NCBI GenBank assembly: GCA_019057865.1
Contig: JAHLWP010000027.1
Span: 1-56,790, forward strand
DNA from: Promethearchaeota archaeon
Lineage (GTDB): Archaea; Asgardarchaeota; Lokiarchaeia; Sigyniarchaeales; SOKP01
DNA length: 56,790 nt
Reading direction: 5' to 3'
Position numbers and translations under genes: made by a program. A model generated the notes under the pieces. It was given only the letters and a program-made list of their open reading frames with translations. It had not been told where the DNA came from and did no database searches. Positions 1 to 9,811 of the stretch are shown one piece after another (the stretch's first letter is position 1; each line of letters begins with the position of its first letter).

Positions 1-232
1 TTGGATTGCGAGGGTCAGAAACATCAATAATTTGTAACCCTTCTTCAGTTCCCCCGATATATGCTATATCATCAATTACAACAACATCCCAGGCAAATAA
101 AGTGTCGAATTGCCCGATCTTTTGTGGATTTATATTTGCATCAGCATATACTTTATCATCGTTTGATAAAACCATAAAAAATACTATAATAATAAAGAGA
201 AATTTCTTTGATAGAAGTTTCTTTGAATTCAT
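1..232 (-). CDS. Secreted LVIVD-repeat protein, N-terminal part (runs off the window)
   Basis: Not in the ORF track. My translation from ATG at 232: MNSKKLLSKKFLFIIIVFFMVLSNDDKVYADANINPQKIGQFDTLFAWDVVVIDDIAYIGGTEEGLQIIDVSDPRNP. This is a signal peptide followed by an LVIVD-type repeat (AYI...GLQIIDVSDP). Confidence 0.8.
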   Translation of the reverse strand, partial: MNSKKLLSKKFLFIIIVFFMVLSNDDKVYADANINPQKIGQFDTLFAWDVVVIDDIAYIGGTEEGLQIIDVSDPRNP

Positions 233-369
233 TTTTCATCAATTATCTTTGAATGTTTAATTTAATTTTTGACTACATAATTATAAAGATTTGAGGTGCA
301 CTTTTCGAACATTTAAAAAATTCTAACATTGTATCAATATTAACTAAATAGTTATTGAGTAATAGTACC

Positions 370-540
370 ATGCCAAAAGAGAAGGTTAAAGATATTGAGA
401 TATATTATGAAATCACTGGAGAGGGAGAAAATTTACTTTTTATTCATGGGTTAGGATCAAGCACACGTGATTGGGACAAACAAGTTCCATTTTATTCTCA
501 AAATGATGAATTTGATGAGGATACTGGAAATGCCGAGTAA
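370..540 (+). pseudogene. Alpha/beta hydrolase, 5' fragment
   Basis: MPKEKVKDIEIYYEITGEGENLLFIHGLGSSTRDWDKQV is the typical hydrolase N-terminus with the HG motif. Similarity ends near 503 and a stop follows; there is no nucleophile motif. Confidence 0.75.
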
Positions 541-559
541 AATGAGATAATTTTACTTA

Positions 560-616
560 TCGAACCCGCGACCTTTCGCATGCCAAGCAAACGATCTTCC
601 ACTAATCCACGTCCCC
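560..616 (-). tRNA. tRNA-Ala(GGC), 3'-truncated (ends in the T-loop)
   Basis: Minus strand reads GGGGACG TG GATT AGTGGAA GATC G TTTGC TTGGCAT GCGAA AGGTC GCGGG TTCGA. The D stem and anticodon stem pair and the anticodon is GGC. The 3' strands of the T-stem and acceptor stem are absent. Confidence 0.8.
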
Positions 617-645
617 AGCATTATATAGATTAAAACACTCCCAAA

Positions 646-659
646 TAATTAAATTTTTG
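646..659 (-). promoter_or_regulatory. Possible BRE/TATA promoter of the tRNA fragment
   Basis: Minus-strand CAAAAA-TTTAATTA about 30-43 nt upstream of the tRNA 5' end. Weak evidence because the background is AT-rich. Confidence 0.3.
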
Positions 660-738
660 TATTTTAAGACTAGAAACATGGATTAACCTAAATATTATGT
701 ATAGAATTAATTGAAAAAATAGGATAATCCTAGAGTTT

Positions 739-1056
739 TTATAAAGGAAACTTTCTCTCATAAATTTCTTTAAAATCAATAATTTCTAACTCATTGAAAT
801 AACTTTCTTTACAATCTTTACATATCGTTCCTTGACTTAAATCAATGTCAATCATCAATAAATAAAAAGACTCATCGTTTATCATATTTTTATTACAACC
901 GTAATTGCATAAAATACAATCATCTGGTATAGACATTATTTCACTTTCAATGCTTCCATCAAGGTTTATAGTGGTAATAGTATTCTCTCTTATAGGAAAT
1001 AGAATTTGAAATTGTTCTTTATTTAATTTCATTAGAAATTTATTATTATTTATCAT
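739..1056 (-). CDS. Small hypothetical protein with CxxC pairs (possible Zn-binding)
   Basis: CILC and CKDC motifs; AGGAGG just upstream of the ATG. Confidence 0.6.
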   Translation of the reverse strand: MINNNKFLMKLNKEQFQILFPIRENTITTINLDGSIESEIMSIPDDCILCNYGCNKNMINDESFYLLMIDIDLSQGTICKDCKESYFNELEIIDFKEIYERKFPL

Positions 1057-1755
1057 TCATATCCTCCTTCTTTCCTATTATTACATTACTATACTCATCA
1101 AATTCCTCTCCTAGTCTTGGCATTTTTTCTAAACTCATTCTTTTTATTTTTTAAATTCTTAATATTTTCTTTGTAAACATCTAAATTTGATTCTTTAAAC
1201 AAAAAAACATTATAAATAATTTGATTATTAAGAATTTTAATGATTTCATGTACCATATATTATAATTTCATGATTTATATTTAAGAAATCAAGTATAATT
1301 TTACCCCATTCACTTTCAATTTCATTTACATTTTATAAATAGATTATATCAAATTTTATTTTTAGAATAATACCACCATATATATCTTAATATTTTAGAG
1401 ATATATAGAAATGATCGGGAAACGATGATTATTCTTTAAATATTCATATCAAATTTATGATTCGAAATTTTGTTAAAGGATAATTATTCAACATCAATTC
1501 ATTAATAATTTAGAAATTAAACATTCTTGAAGAATGAATATTGAATTAAGAAATGATATGATAAAATACATAAATTCTCAAGTAATAAAAGAAGAAAATA
1601 ATATTTCTTTTTCATTCTTTATCTCATATCTTAAAATTTAGCTTCAATTTGAAGTTAAAATTTTTTTAGTTCAACTCTAAGCTTTTTTCCAAGGCTATAT
1701 CTTTAAAGATGATTTTTAACGAAAGTGTTAATAAATATAATAAGATATATAACAT

Positions 1756-2262
1756 ATGTCAAATATCAATAGCCTATTTTCAGGGATGTATGAATATATA
1801 GAGACAAAAAAAGAATATTTTGACTTATTTATTGATCTAGATACTAGATATGAGGGATGGCTAGAAGCCGAAATAATGAAATATATCTCAAATAAACCTG
1901 ATGAATTTCACATAGAAAAAACTAAAAAAAACCATGAGGTCTATGGTCGCCCTGATCTCATATTAAAAGCTAATGGTGAAACATGGATTATTGAATTAAA
2001 AGCATTCTTAATAAATCGGAGATCACTAAGGTTTTATCTTAAAGGAAGAGGTGGAGCTCGAAAGGATTTTGCAAGATTAAAAAGATTCAATAAAAATTTT
2101 TGGATAATAATCTGTCTTGCCTGTTGCGAAGAGTTGAATAGTGAGAATTTTGAAAATAATGTTGAGGAAGTATCTAAGAAGTATAATATTAAAATACTAA
2201 ATACTCTTACATTTTATACTCCAAAAAATAAACAAGTAACATTAATGTTATGGGGAAAATAA
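1756..2262 (+). CDS. PD-(D/E)XK superfamily nuclease-like protein
   Basis: EGWLEAE...GRPDLILKANGETWIIELK has the E...PD...ExK spacing of the restriction-endonuclease fold. Confidence 0.65.
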   Translation: MSNINSLFSGMYEYIETKKEYFDLFIDLDTRYEGWLEAEIMKYISNKPDEFHIEKTKKNHEVYGRPDLILKANGETWIIELKAFLINRRSLRFYLKGRGGARKDFARLKRFNKNFWIIICLACCEELNSENFENNVEEVSKKYNIKILNTLTFYTPKNKQVTLMLWGK

Positions 2263-2395
2263 CCATGTTTCGTTCAAATAATGAATTGATTACTAAATTT
2301 TTTAATATCCAATAATTTCATATATAAAAAAAATTTTTTAATTTTGTGCATTCTACCTGTTAATTTTAGAGATCTTTTTCTTTTCTGTTATTTTA

Positions 2396-2656
2396 TCATT
2401 CCTCCCATAATGTTAATTTTTCACTAATTATTTTATTTTCATCATTATCAATTAATCCATAATCATAATTTCCAACAAATTCTAAATCTGACACTTGAAA
2501 AACCATTTCTACCCTCCAACATTCCGAACACGCTAACACAGCAACGTCTTTTACTAATTTCCCCATTAATAAAAGATCTGCATTACAACACACTGATTTT
2601 ATTAATTCAAATTTTTTTGGATATTTTTTTAATTGCTTTTCTATTTTTTCATCCAT
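2396..2656 (-). CDS. Small hypothetical Cys-rich protein
   Basis: SVCC and CSEC motifs; GGAG upstream of the ATG. Confidence 0.55.
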   Translation of the reverse strand: MDEKIEKQLKKYPKKFELIKSVCCNADLLLMGKLVKDVAVLACSECWRVEMVFQVSDLEFVGNYDYGLIDNDENKIISEKLTLWEE

Positions 2657-2768
2657 TTTTTTATTTTCTCCATTATTACTTTTTTAATTTTTTTTTCAAC
2701 TTTTCTTGAAGTGCTTGTTGCCAGTGATGTGAAGGATAATTTAAAAATTCTGTATTAAGAACATTAAG

Positions 2769-3134
2769 TCATTCTGCTCTAATTTTATCAGATAATAAAC
2801 TATAAACATTCTTTTTGATCAAAATTATGTTAGTATCTTTGTTGATTAAAGATTTTATTTTTTTTATTAATTTTTGAGTATTATTTTTAATTATTACATT
2901 TCTTACTTTTAACTTTACTGAGCTTGGAGTAGATTCAATAAATTTGATATATAATTTTCCCTTTTCTCTAACTCTATTATTCTTCAAAAAGTCATATTCA
3001 TATGTAATTTGTTTATTAAGTTTTTTTTCGAGAAATTTGAAATATCCTAGTCCAAACGAACCTTCAATATAATATTCCTCATCACTAATATCGAATTTTT
3101 GTATTTTGAAATTTCGAATTGAAATAATAATTAT
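2769..3134 (-). CDS. Hypothetical protein (~121 aa), probably coupled to the DUF2075 gene
   Basis: The track ORF (TTG at 2987) stays open for 49 more codons up to an ATA at 3134 that overlaps the upstream gene's TAA (ATAA). Confidence 0.5.
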   Translation of the reverse strand: MIIISIRNFKIQKFDISDEEYYIEGSFGLGYFKFLEKKLNKQITYEYDFLKNNRVREKGKLYIKFIESTPSSVKLKVRNVIIKNNTQKLIKKIKSLINKDTNIILIKKNVYSLLSDKIRAE

Positions 3135-5092
3135 ATTTCAATTATTCCAATAGACTTGAAGAATTTGTATATTCCATCATAGAAATTACAACATCTCGTA
3201 TAATCATTATTATCTCCCCTTGGAATAAAAATAGCCATTCCTTGACGAGCTCTAGTTAAAAGAACTCGATAAGCATTTATTAAATATATAATATTGTTTT
3301 CATCGTTAATATTTTGCCAAGATGTACCACGGAAACGTTTATATATCCACTTTTCATCTTCAATTCTTAAATCGGCATCCCAACAAACACAAGTCCAATC
3401 TAATTCAAGACCTTGAATATCAAATTCAGTAGCAACATCTTCAAGGTAATATGAAGAGCGTACATCATCTTTAGGATTCAAAAACCAATGTGTTGCCTTG
3501 ATTTTATTTTGTACATAAATTCCAAAAGATTTTAATCTAATAGCTCCCGAACTTGCTAATAATCCAATACGCTCAGTTCCGCGACTTTTTTTTCTTAACC
3601 AAGTTTTTGCTTTATCGATATCTCTTGTTATAACTAATGGATATTTCTCTCGAAGACTAGTATATAATTTCTTAGCGGATTCTATATCATTATTCAAGAT
3701 ACTTTTAATTAAATCTGAGACTCTTTCACTACGAAAAGATCGTATTGACGTATTAAGATGTAGGTATTTAGCATAGGTATATGAATTCTGATTTAGTAAA
3801 ACATCAACATTTTTTCCCCTAGTATATTCAAATTCATTAATTTTCTCAGATAAAAATATTTTCCAATGTTTAAATTTATTTTTTAAAGCAGAAAACCATC
3901 CAATTAATCCTGCTTCCCCTACGTTTATCTCTTGACCTCCCCCAACGAGACATATAATAACAGCCCAATCTTTATGACGATCCATTATATTGATTAAGAA
4001 TTCTGGTTCTGACATATTAAAATCCGTAATCCTTTTTTTCTGTTTCATAAAGTGCGTAGTTTGCTTCAATGTCCATGCTCTCTGCGCTTCATCAAAAATA
4101 ACAACTTTTTCAATAGGAGCACTCTCCTTTCTTAGAGCATCATCTCTAAAATGATGTATATTTTGTATAAAAGCTTTTACTCTCTGTTTAGCAACTCTTT
4201 TTGATATAGTTCCATTAGAATTTTCAACCTGGTTTCTTGTAAGAGCTTCTTGCAGAACTTTTACTAAAGGTCCATTTCCAGAAAGAAAAACTGCATGTTC
4301 TTCTTCTTCAAATATGTGTCTTTCATTTGCTAAATTAAGGCCAGCTAAAGTTTTTCCAGAACCAGGAACACCCGTTAGAAAACAAATGGACTTAAAATTA
4401 GACTTCTTTGATATTGTTATTATTTTATTTATACATTCAGTAGTCTTACTAAGATTCTCAGCTCCAGCATCAGAACGAGATATTTCTTTAACACTATGAC
4501 CTTGATATAAAGCCTGTGCTGCTTCAATTATTGTTGGAGTAGGTTTATATTGAGAATTATTCCATTCTATTGGATCTAATTCCTGTGGTTCTATTAATTT
4601 GATTAGATTTTCTAATATGCTCCGTAAATTTTCTTTATTAGATCGAATAGCTTTGTAAATATTATCTTCATAAGGTTCGAGTTTATCAAATATTGAATTA
4701 GCTTCCGTTGCTACTAAAATCGGAATTAAAGTTGCTTCATGACTTTTTTCATGAAAATTTTTTAAATCGAGAGCATAATCAATCACTTGATCTATCGAAT
4801 GATTATGATATTGATTTTCTCCTACTTTAAATTCGATTATAAAAACAATTCCATTTATTATGAGTACATTATCAACTTTTTTACCCATTCTTGGAATAAC
4901 AAATTCGAAAAAGATGAATCCATCTGAAAATTTTTTTAAGGATTCTTTTAAAATTTCAATTTGAGAGATCCATGCATTTCGCTGTTGTTCTTCTAATTTT
5001 AATTCATGATTTGAGGATAAGATTCCCAAAATAGTATCCAAATCAGCGTTCAGAAATCTTTTTATTGGTTCAGAATAATATGCTCTCTTTAT
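3131..5092 (-). CDS. DUF2075 / Schlafen-group-3-type helicase-like P-loop protein with an N-terminal nuclease-like domain
   Basis: Walker A GVPGSGKT, Walker B VVIFDEAQR, QGLELD and YRVLLTRAR; N-terminal VD...IIEFK. The frame is open past the track's TTG (5041) through IKRAYYSEPIKRFL, so the likely start is ATA 5092 or ATT 5098. Confidence 0.85.
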   Translation of the reverse strand: MKRAYYSEPIKRFLNADLDTILGILSSNHELKLEEQQRNAWISQIEILKESLKKFSDGFIFFEFVIPRMGKKVDNVLIINGIVFIIEFKVGENQYHNHSIDQVIDYALDLKNFHEKSHEATLIPILVATEANSIFDKLEPYEDNIYKAIRSNKENLRSILENLIKLIEPQELDPIEWNNSQYKPTPTIIEAAQALYQGHSVKEISRSDAGAENLSKTTECINKIITISKKSNFKSICFLTGVPGSGKTLAGLNLANERHIFEEEEHAVFLSGNGPLVKVLQEALTRNQVENSNGTISKRVAKQRVKAFIQNIHHFRDDALRKESAPIEKVVIFDEAQRAWTLKQTTHFMKQKKRITDFNMSEPEFLINIMDRHKDWAVIICLVGGGQEINVGEAGLIGWFSALKNKFKHWKIFLSEKINEFEYTRGKNVDVLLNQNSYTYAKYLHLNTSIRSFRSERVSDLIKSILNNDIESAKKLYTSLREKYPLVITRDIDKAKTWLRKKSRGTERIGLLASSGAIRLKSFGIYVQNKIKATHWFLNPKDDVRSSYYLEDVATEFDIQGLELDWTCVCWDADLRIEDEKWIYKRFRGTSWQNINDENNIIYLINAYRVLLTRARQGMAIFIPRGDNNDYTRCCNFYDGIYKFFKSIGIIEI

Positions 5093-5164
5093 CGTAATAT
5101 ATCATCAGATAATTTATTTGTTATTATTTGAATAGTTTTGTTCTTAATTAGATATAATAATAAT

Positions 5165-6022
5165 TCAACATTTATCACAATAAGTTTTATTTTTATACTT
5201 CTTATATCTCAATTCTATTGGTAATTTTACATTTGATTTTGATTTTAAATATGTTATAAATTCATCAGCCGAATTATCCTCTACTTTCAAATATCTGCCG
5301 GTTAGTCCGTTTACGCTATTATTAGACCTTCTTCCAAAAATTGCATATCTGTCAATATTACTTTTACTCGATTGCCAATTTTTAAATTTTTTAAGAATAT
5401 AATCATCAATATCTATTCCTTTCCCTTCAGCATAGAATAGATTTTTACACAGAAAACAGCAATCTCTGTTAAAAACATGAAATCTTTTTAGCGGATTTTT
5501 TAGTAAAAGTTGATTATTTTGAACCAAAATTTCAGGATGGTTTTTATTACTAATAATATCCATAACCCATTCATGATTTATTTTGTGATAGGTATTGCGA
5601 GAAGTATAACCATCAAATAAATTCCTTTTATTATTAGAATAATGAGGGTAAACATGCAAAGGAGAATTTTTGCTCTTAAGTAAAGGAAAAAAAATTTCAT
5701 TTTTCTTCATCTCCTTATAAATTTCCTCAAAAGTAAAAAGTTCTTCAATTTTACCCATCCAAATGATTTTTCGAATTTTTTTGGAATTCGAACCATTCAG
5801 ACCGATTATATAGATCTTTTGTTTGGGTTTAATTCTGCCTAATTTATTTGGTTTAATATAAGTCTTATATAATTCTTCTCTTAAACGTTTTTTACAAGGT
5901 CCGAAAAAAATATTGCTAGAATTAACTTTATAAGGTACTCCACTGTCATCAACTCGGTCTGCATCTTTCGATAATTTAACAATATAAAAATAAAGAATTG
6001 AATCGTTTTGGGATTTCGTCAT
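5165..6022 (-). CDS. Divergent Nmad2-like (nucleotide modification associated domain 2) protein
   Basis: Collinear similarity to the Nmad2 at 16954-17613: YFYIV/YSYVV, GPCKKRLR/ATCKPRIR, IYIIG/DWVVG, KIIWMGKIEELFTFEE/KLIYAMKVEEKISFDQ, and a C-terminal CxKC in both. Confidence 0.55.
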   Translation of the reverse strand: MTKSQNDSILYFYIVKLSKDADRVDDSGVPYKVNSSNIFFGPCKKRLREELYKTYIKPNKLGRIKPKQKIYIIGLNGSNSKKIRKIIWMGKIEELFTFEEIYKEMKKNEIFFPLLKSKNSPLHVYPHYSNNKRNLFDGYTSRNTYHKINHEWVMDIISNKNHPEILVQNNQLLLKNPLKRFHVFNRDCCFLCKNLFYAEGKGIDIDDYILKKFKNWQSSKSNIDRYAIFGRRSNNSVNGLTGRYLKVEDNSADEFITYLKSKSNVKLPIELRYKKYKNKTYCDKC

Positions 6023-6317
6023 AACATTATAGTAAAATTAGGATTATTTAAAGATAGTCCTTTTGAGAAGTAAACTGTTCTGTGTTCAAGAAAATTATAT
6101 CTATAAAATAAAAAATGGAGAATTGAATTATGTTCTCTTCCTTCATTTTAACCCTATTTTATTTTATTTATAATAATTACATAAAAATTTTTGTATTTAA
6201 TATTATTTTATTAATTACAAAAAAGTCTATAATTATATGCCATCTCAATTTTTTGCTATTATAGTTGAGAAAAATCCTACTATTTATAATTAGTATTTAT
6301 ATGAGGGAAGCTGGATA

Positions 6318-6611
6318 TCAAAAATTTTCTGTAATTAACCTTATTCGTATTAAATCAATCTGGGATAAATTTTTTCCAAAAAAATCAGTTATATCAAAGT
6401 ATATTTCTAAATTTTCGCCATTTTTAAGTTTGAGTTCTAATTTGTCATACATTTTACCATCAATATTCAATAGGGATTGAAGTATTAATCTATATTCTCC
6501 AAACCTTTTTCTTACCTCTATGTATTCTTGTTCAACTCCTTCTTCATTAGTACAATCGGAAATAATTATCGCATTAGTTAAGGAGGAACCATCTCCACCA
6601 GATACTTTCAT
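6318..6611 (-). CDS. Conserved small hypothetical protein
   Basis: GGDGSS.TNAIII...YDKL...IYFDITDFFGK resembles a widespread uncharacterised family. Confidence 0.7.
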   Translation of the reverse strand: MKVSGGDGSSLTNAIIISDCTNEEGVEQEYIEVRKRFGEYRLILQSLLNIDGKMYDKLELKLKNGENLEIYFDITDFFGKNLSQIDLIRIRLITENF

Positions 6612-6887
6612 AAATCATATACTCTTGAATGTTTTTTTCATTTTTTTTGTATTTTTTTTTGCTTATCCTCAACCTAAATATTAATATTGCCTAAAAAATG
6701 AATAAAAAAACATAAATATAAATATTACAGAAATGTCAATGGTTAGCGCACACTTTCTTTTAATAAAGGAAAAAAGATAATTATTTAGAATTTAGAATTA
6801 ATCCTCATTTTAGGTACAATTACTAAGATAAATTAAAAAATAGTTTAAATCTACAAGAAAGAACGATAGTTACGATTTTTGATTAAA

Positions 6888-7130
6888 TTATTCACTTTTC
6901 TTGTTATTCACAAAAATTTCATATAAATTTCTGCAAACTTTCTTAGCATTTTTTCTTGATATTTCGTTTACAGGCCAAGGGGTCTTTTCAGTTCGCTTAT
7001 AACTTGTCCCATCTTTTTTATTAACAGTAAAAATTTTAATTGATTTTCCCATTATGAATTGTTTTGCTTTCTCAGTATATTTTAACTCGCATTGTTTTAG
7101 AAATTCCTTTTTGATTATTCTTTCCATCAT
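6888..7130 (-). CDS. Hypothetical protein or gene fragment
   Basis: 80-aa ATG ORF directly downstream of the PIWI fragment; no motif recognised. Confidence 0.45.
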   Translation of the reverse strand: MMERIIKKEFLKQCELKYTEKAKQFIMGKSIKIFTVNKKDGTSYKRTEKTPWPVNEISRKNAKKVCRNLYEIFVNNKKSE

Positions 7131-7194
7131 TAAATGAATTCTACTTTTAAGTATTTAAATTTCTAGGAGTATGTAATTAGTAAAAAAAAGATCT

Positions 7195-8022
7195 TCACAT
7201 AAAAAATCGATATTGTTTAGGTAAATTTTGAATTTTTCTTGCTCTTGCTTCTTCTAGGATTATTCCGACTCTGTGTGATACTTTCAATGTTATATGATAT
7301 TTACTACAAAATTCAGCATTATTCCAATCTAATTTGGAGAAAGCCATAATTTCAATCAATAATTGCTCATAAGTAGAATCGCACTCATATAATTTGACAT
7401 AGAGAGGTGTAGGCACTTGGGAGCCAGGATAAGTGTTTAAAGCAGGAATAAAGCCAGACGTATAAAGAAAATGTTCATTGTTCGAAATGGATATTACCGT
7501 TCCTCTTACAACAGGATACTGATCATCAGTGTAGAATCTAACATCTTTTCTTGATATACAAAGAAAATTCTTATCTGGAATAGTTTTTGCTCCTTCATTA
7601 AATCCCTTTAATTTTTCTTCATTAAATTCAGTAGATTTATGTATCACTATTCTCTGAGGTTCTTGTTCCATATGATTCTTATATTCCTTTACGATTTCCA
7701 TCATCAATGCTGAAGCATGATCTTCATTGAGATGTGGATTTCGATCTTGATTAAAATCCCATGGAAATGGTTGTCCGCGTAAAACATAACTTTGCCCCGT
7801 ATGTAAAAATATCTGCGCCATACTTACACCCATTTGTCCACCTTGTGCGATATTATCTGGATAAAATCCTACTCCAGCATAGCAAGTTCCGGGATATAAA
7901 TCAATTACTTTCCAAGGGATTCCCGTAGCTTTATAATAGAGCCCGACTGAAAAGATCATTTCGCTTAAGATATGAAATTTAATTGTGTTTAACGATTTTA
8001 TAATATATTTTTTAAATTCCAA
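7195..8022 (-). pseudogene. Prokaryotic Argonaute, PIWI domain only (short/long-B, catalytically inactive type), 5'-truncated
   Basis: FSVGLYYKATGIPW, TCYAGVGFY, PQRIVIHKST, YPVVRGT, LYTSG...YPG...PTPL and SKLDWN are pAgo motifs. The DEDX aspartates are replaced. The first ~23 aa are unrelated and most of MID is missing. Confidence 0.85.
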
Positions 8023-8167
8023 GCTTTCTATTTGAAAGTATTTTTATTGTAGTGCGTTGGTATGTGAGGGATTATATAACTATATTTGTTATAACTTCCC
8101 ATTGTGTCCAACCATTCAGGATTTAATTAGACATCTTTTAAAAGAGAGTATTTATTTAAAGACAAAT

Positions 8168-9550
8168 TTAATCTTTTATTTCAAAATCAATATATGCGCT
8201 TGTAAATTTCAACTCTAAATTTTCTTTTCTATATTTTGGATATATAGTCCCAAAGGGGATTACTCTCAAGATATTATATGATGTATAAAACTCATAAATT
8301 TCTCCAAAACTGTATGATTCTTTTTCAGAATTAATTTTAAATATGAGAAATTTTATCTCATAATCTCTAAGTGATTTAATTTTAGCACTTTTTTCAATAG
8401 AACCTTTTTTTAATTTGATCGGAATTGAATCGGAGAAAAACTTTAATACTTTCTTCTCGAGCGTCTCATATTCAATGAATCTTATTAACTCATAATATTG
8501 AGGATTTCTCTTTAGTATATTTATTCTTTTTTCTATACCTGAAGATGTCGAGAAGTCTTCTCTTTTATTTTTAGGGATGATTCTAAAATATAAATTATTA
8601 ATTTTTTTGAATTCTATTATATCAGGATAGAATTTAAAAAGCGCAGCAAATAACCTCTCGAAAGGATATATTACTTGAGTTAATCTAATGGAAAGATCAT
8701 GTAAATCAATCTTAGTTAAATCAGCTGTCTCATGTTTTTTCACATTATAAAATTTTGTATAGATGTATTTTATATCAACTTCTTCATCTTTTTCGATATT
8801 ACAAGAGAGATCTGTAAACATATGTAGAATTTTATTTACTTTATTGTTTGCTTTTGAGTCGATTTTTTGAATTTCTTGAAATTTACTACTGTTTTGTTTC
8901 CAGTATGTATTAGATATATGTTCAACAGATTCCCAGATATCTGATAAATTATCAAATGCATACCTCCTACCTTTTCTAAGATTATAAAGACTTGGCTCAA
9001 TATAGAATTTTCCTCGTAAGAATAATACGAAATCATCAAGATATTCCTCTTTCGAATCAAAACACTTGAGGAAAATCGATAAAAATTGTCCTAAATCTTT
9101 AACGAGATTAAAATTTAAATGAGTAGATCTACGTATCCAAAAATCAGCATTATCAAGTTTTATTCCTCGTATAAATTTACCTTTATCATTAAATATATAA
9201 ATTTCATCAAAATTGTGAAAATTTGATAAGATATAGTCTATTGTAAGAAGGAGACTCTTTATTTTATCCCAAATAATTTTTATTAGATCATCTAATATAG
9301 GTGATTCCTCTAATTCTAATTTAAATCCTATATAACAATAAATTGACCTATCTTTCTCAAGAAATTCTTTATCCTTGTAATGCTGATATTCCTCAATTTT
9401 TTTCTCATTGAATAAGATTTGGTCTTCTAGATCTTGGATTTCTTCTAAAAGATCACCTGGATAAAGCAAATAATTATTTTTTGAAGTCAACTTTAAAGGG
9501 AAGGGAACTGAGAAATTAGAAACTTTTATAATAATTTGGTAAAGAGACAT
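8168..9550 (-). CDS. Hypothetical protein, possibly ApeA-like/degenerate HEPN
   Basis: 460-aa ORF. FDNLSDIWESVEHI followed later by YNVKKH loosely resembles HEPN helices, but the Arg of RxxxxH is absent. Confidence 0.5.
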   Translation of the reverse strand: MSLYQIIIKVSNFSVPFPLKLTSKNNYLLYPGDLLEEIQDLEDQILFNEKKIEEYQHYKDKEFLEKDRSIYCYIGFKLELEESPILDDLIKIIWDKIKSLLLTIDYILSNFHNFDEIYIFNDKGKFIRGIKLDNADFWIRRSTHLNFNLVKDLGQFLSIFLKCFDSKEEYLDDFVLFLRGKFYIEPSLYNLRKGRRYAFDNLSDIWESVEHISNTYWKQNSSKFQEIQKIDSKANNKVNKILHMFTDLSCNIEKDEEVDIKYIYTKFYNVKKHETADLTKIDLHDLSIRLTQVIYPFERLFAALFKFYPDIIEFKKINNLYFRIIPKNKREDFSTSSGIEKRINILKRNPQYYELIRFIEYETLEKKVLKFFSDSIPIKLKKGSIEKSAKIKSLRDYEIKFLIFKINSEKESYSFGEIYEFYTSYNILRVIPFGTIYPKYRKENLELKFTSAYIDFEIKD

Positions 9551-9811
9551 TTCTAATAATAATATTTTAATTTAAAGATTTAAAGCAGATTTGAATATAT
9601 AAAATTTAGGGTTGTTGTATTATATTTTATTAATATTAAAAGATTAATTAAACTTGAAAGAGATATAGGAACGATTTCACAAAAACGAGAGATGATACGA
9701 GTAGAACGCCTAACGAAATTTGTCAAGAGACTAAAGAACTTATAGAACGTTTAAGAAATCAAGAATTTAGAAAAAAACCTATCAAATCTTTTTGAAGATA
9801 AGTGTTTAAAA

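Noticed and set aside
6-260. Track ORF 6..260 (+)
   Set aside because: Antisense shadow of the LVIVD-repeat gene on the minus strand.
6734-6770. tRNA-like fragment (CAATGGTTAGCGCAC)
   Set aside because: Only a D-loop-like word; no acceptor stem or T-arm.
7195-8022. Eukaryote-like active Asgard Argonaute
   Set aside because: No DEDX tetrad and no N/PAZ/MID domains; the motifs match short/long-B inactive pAgos.
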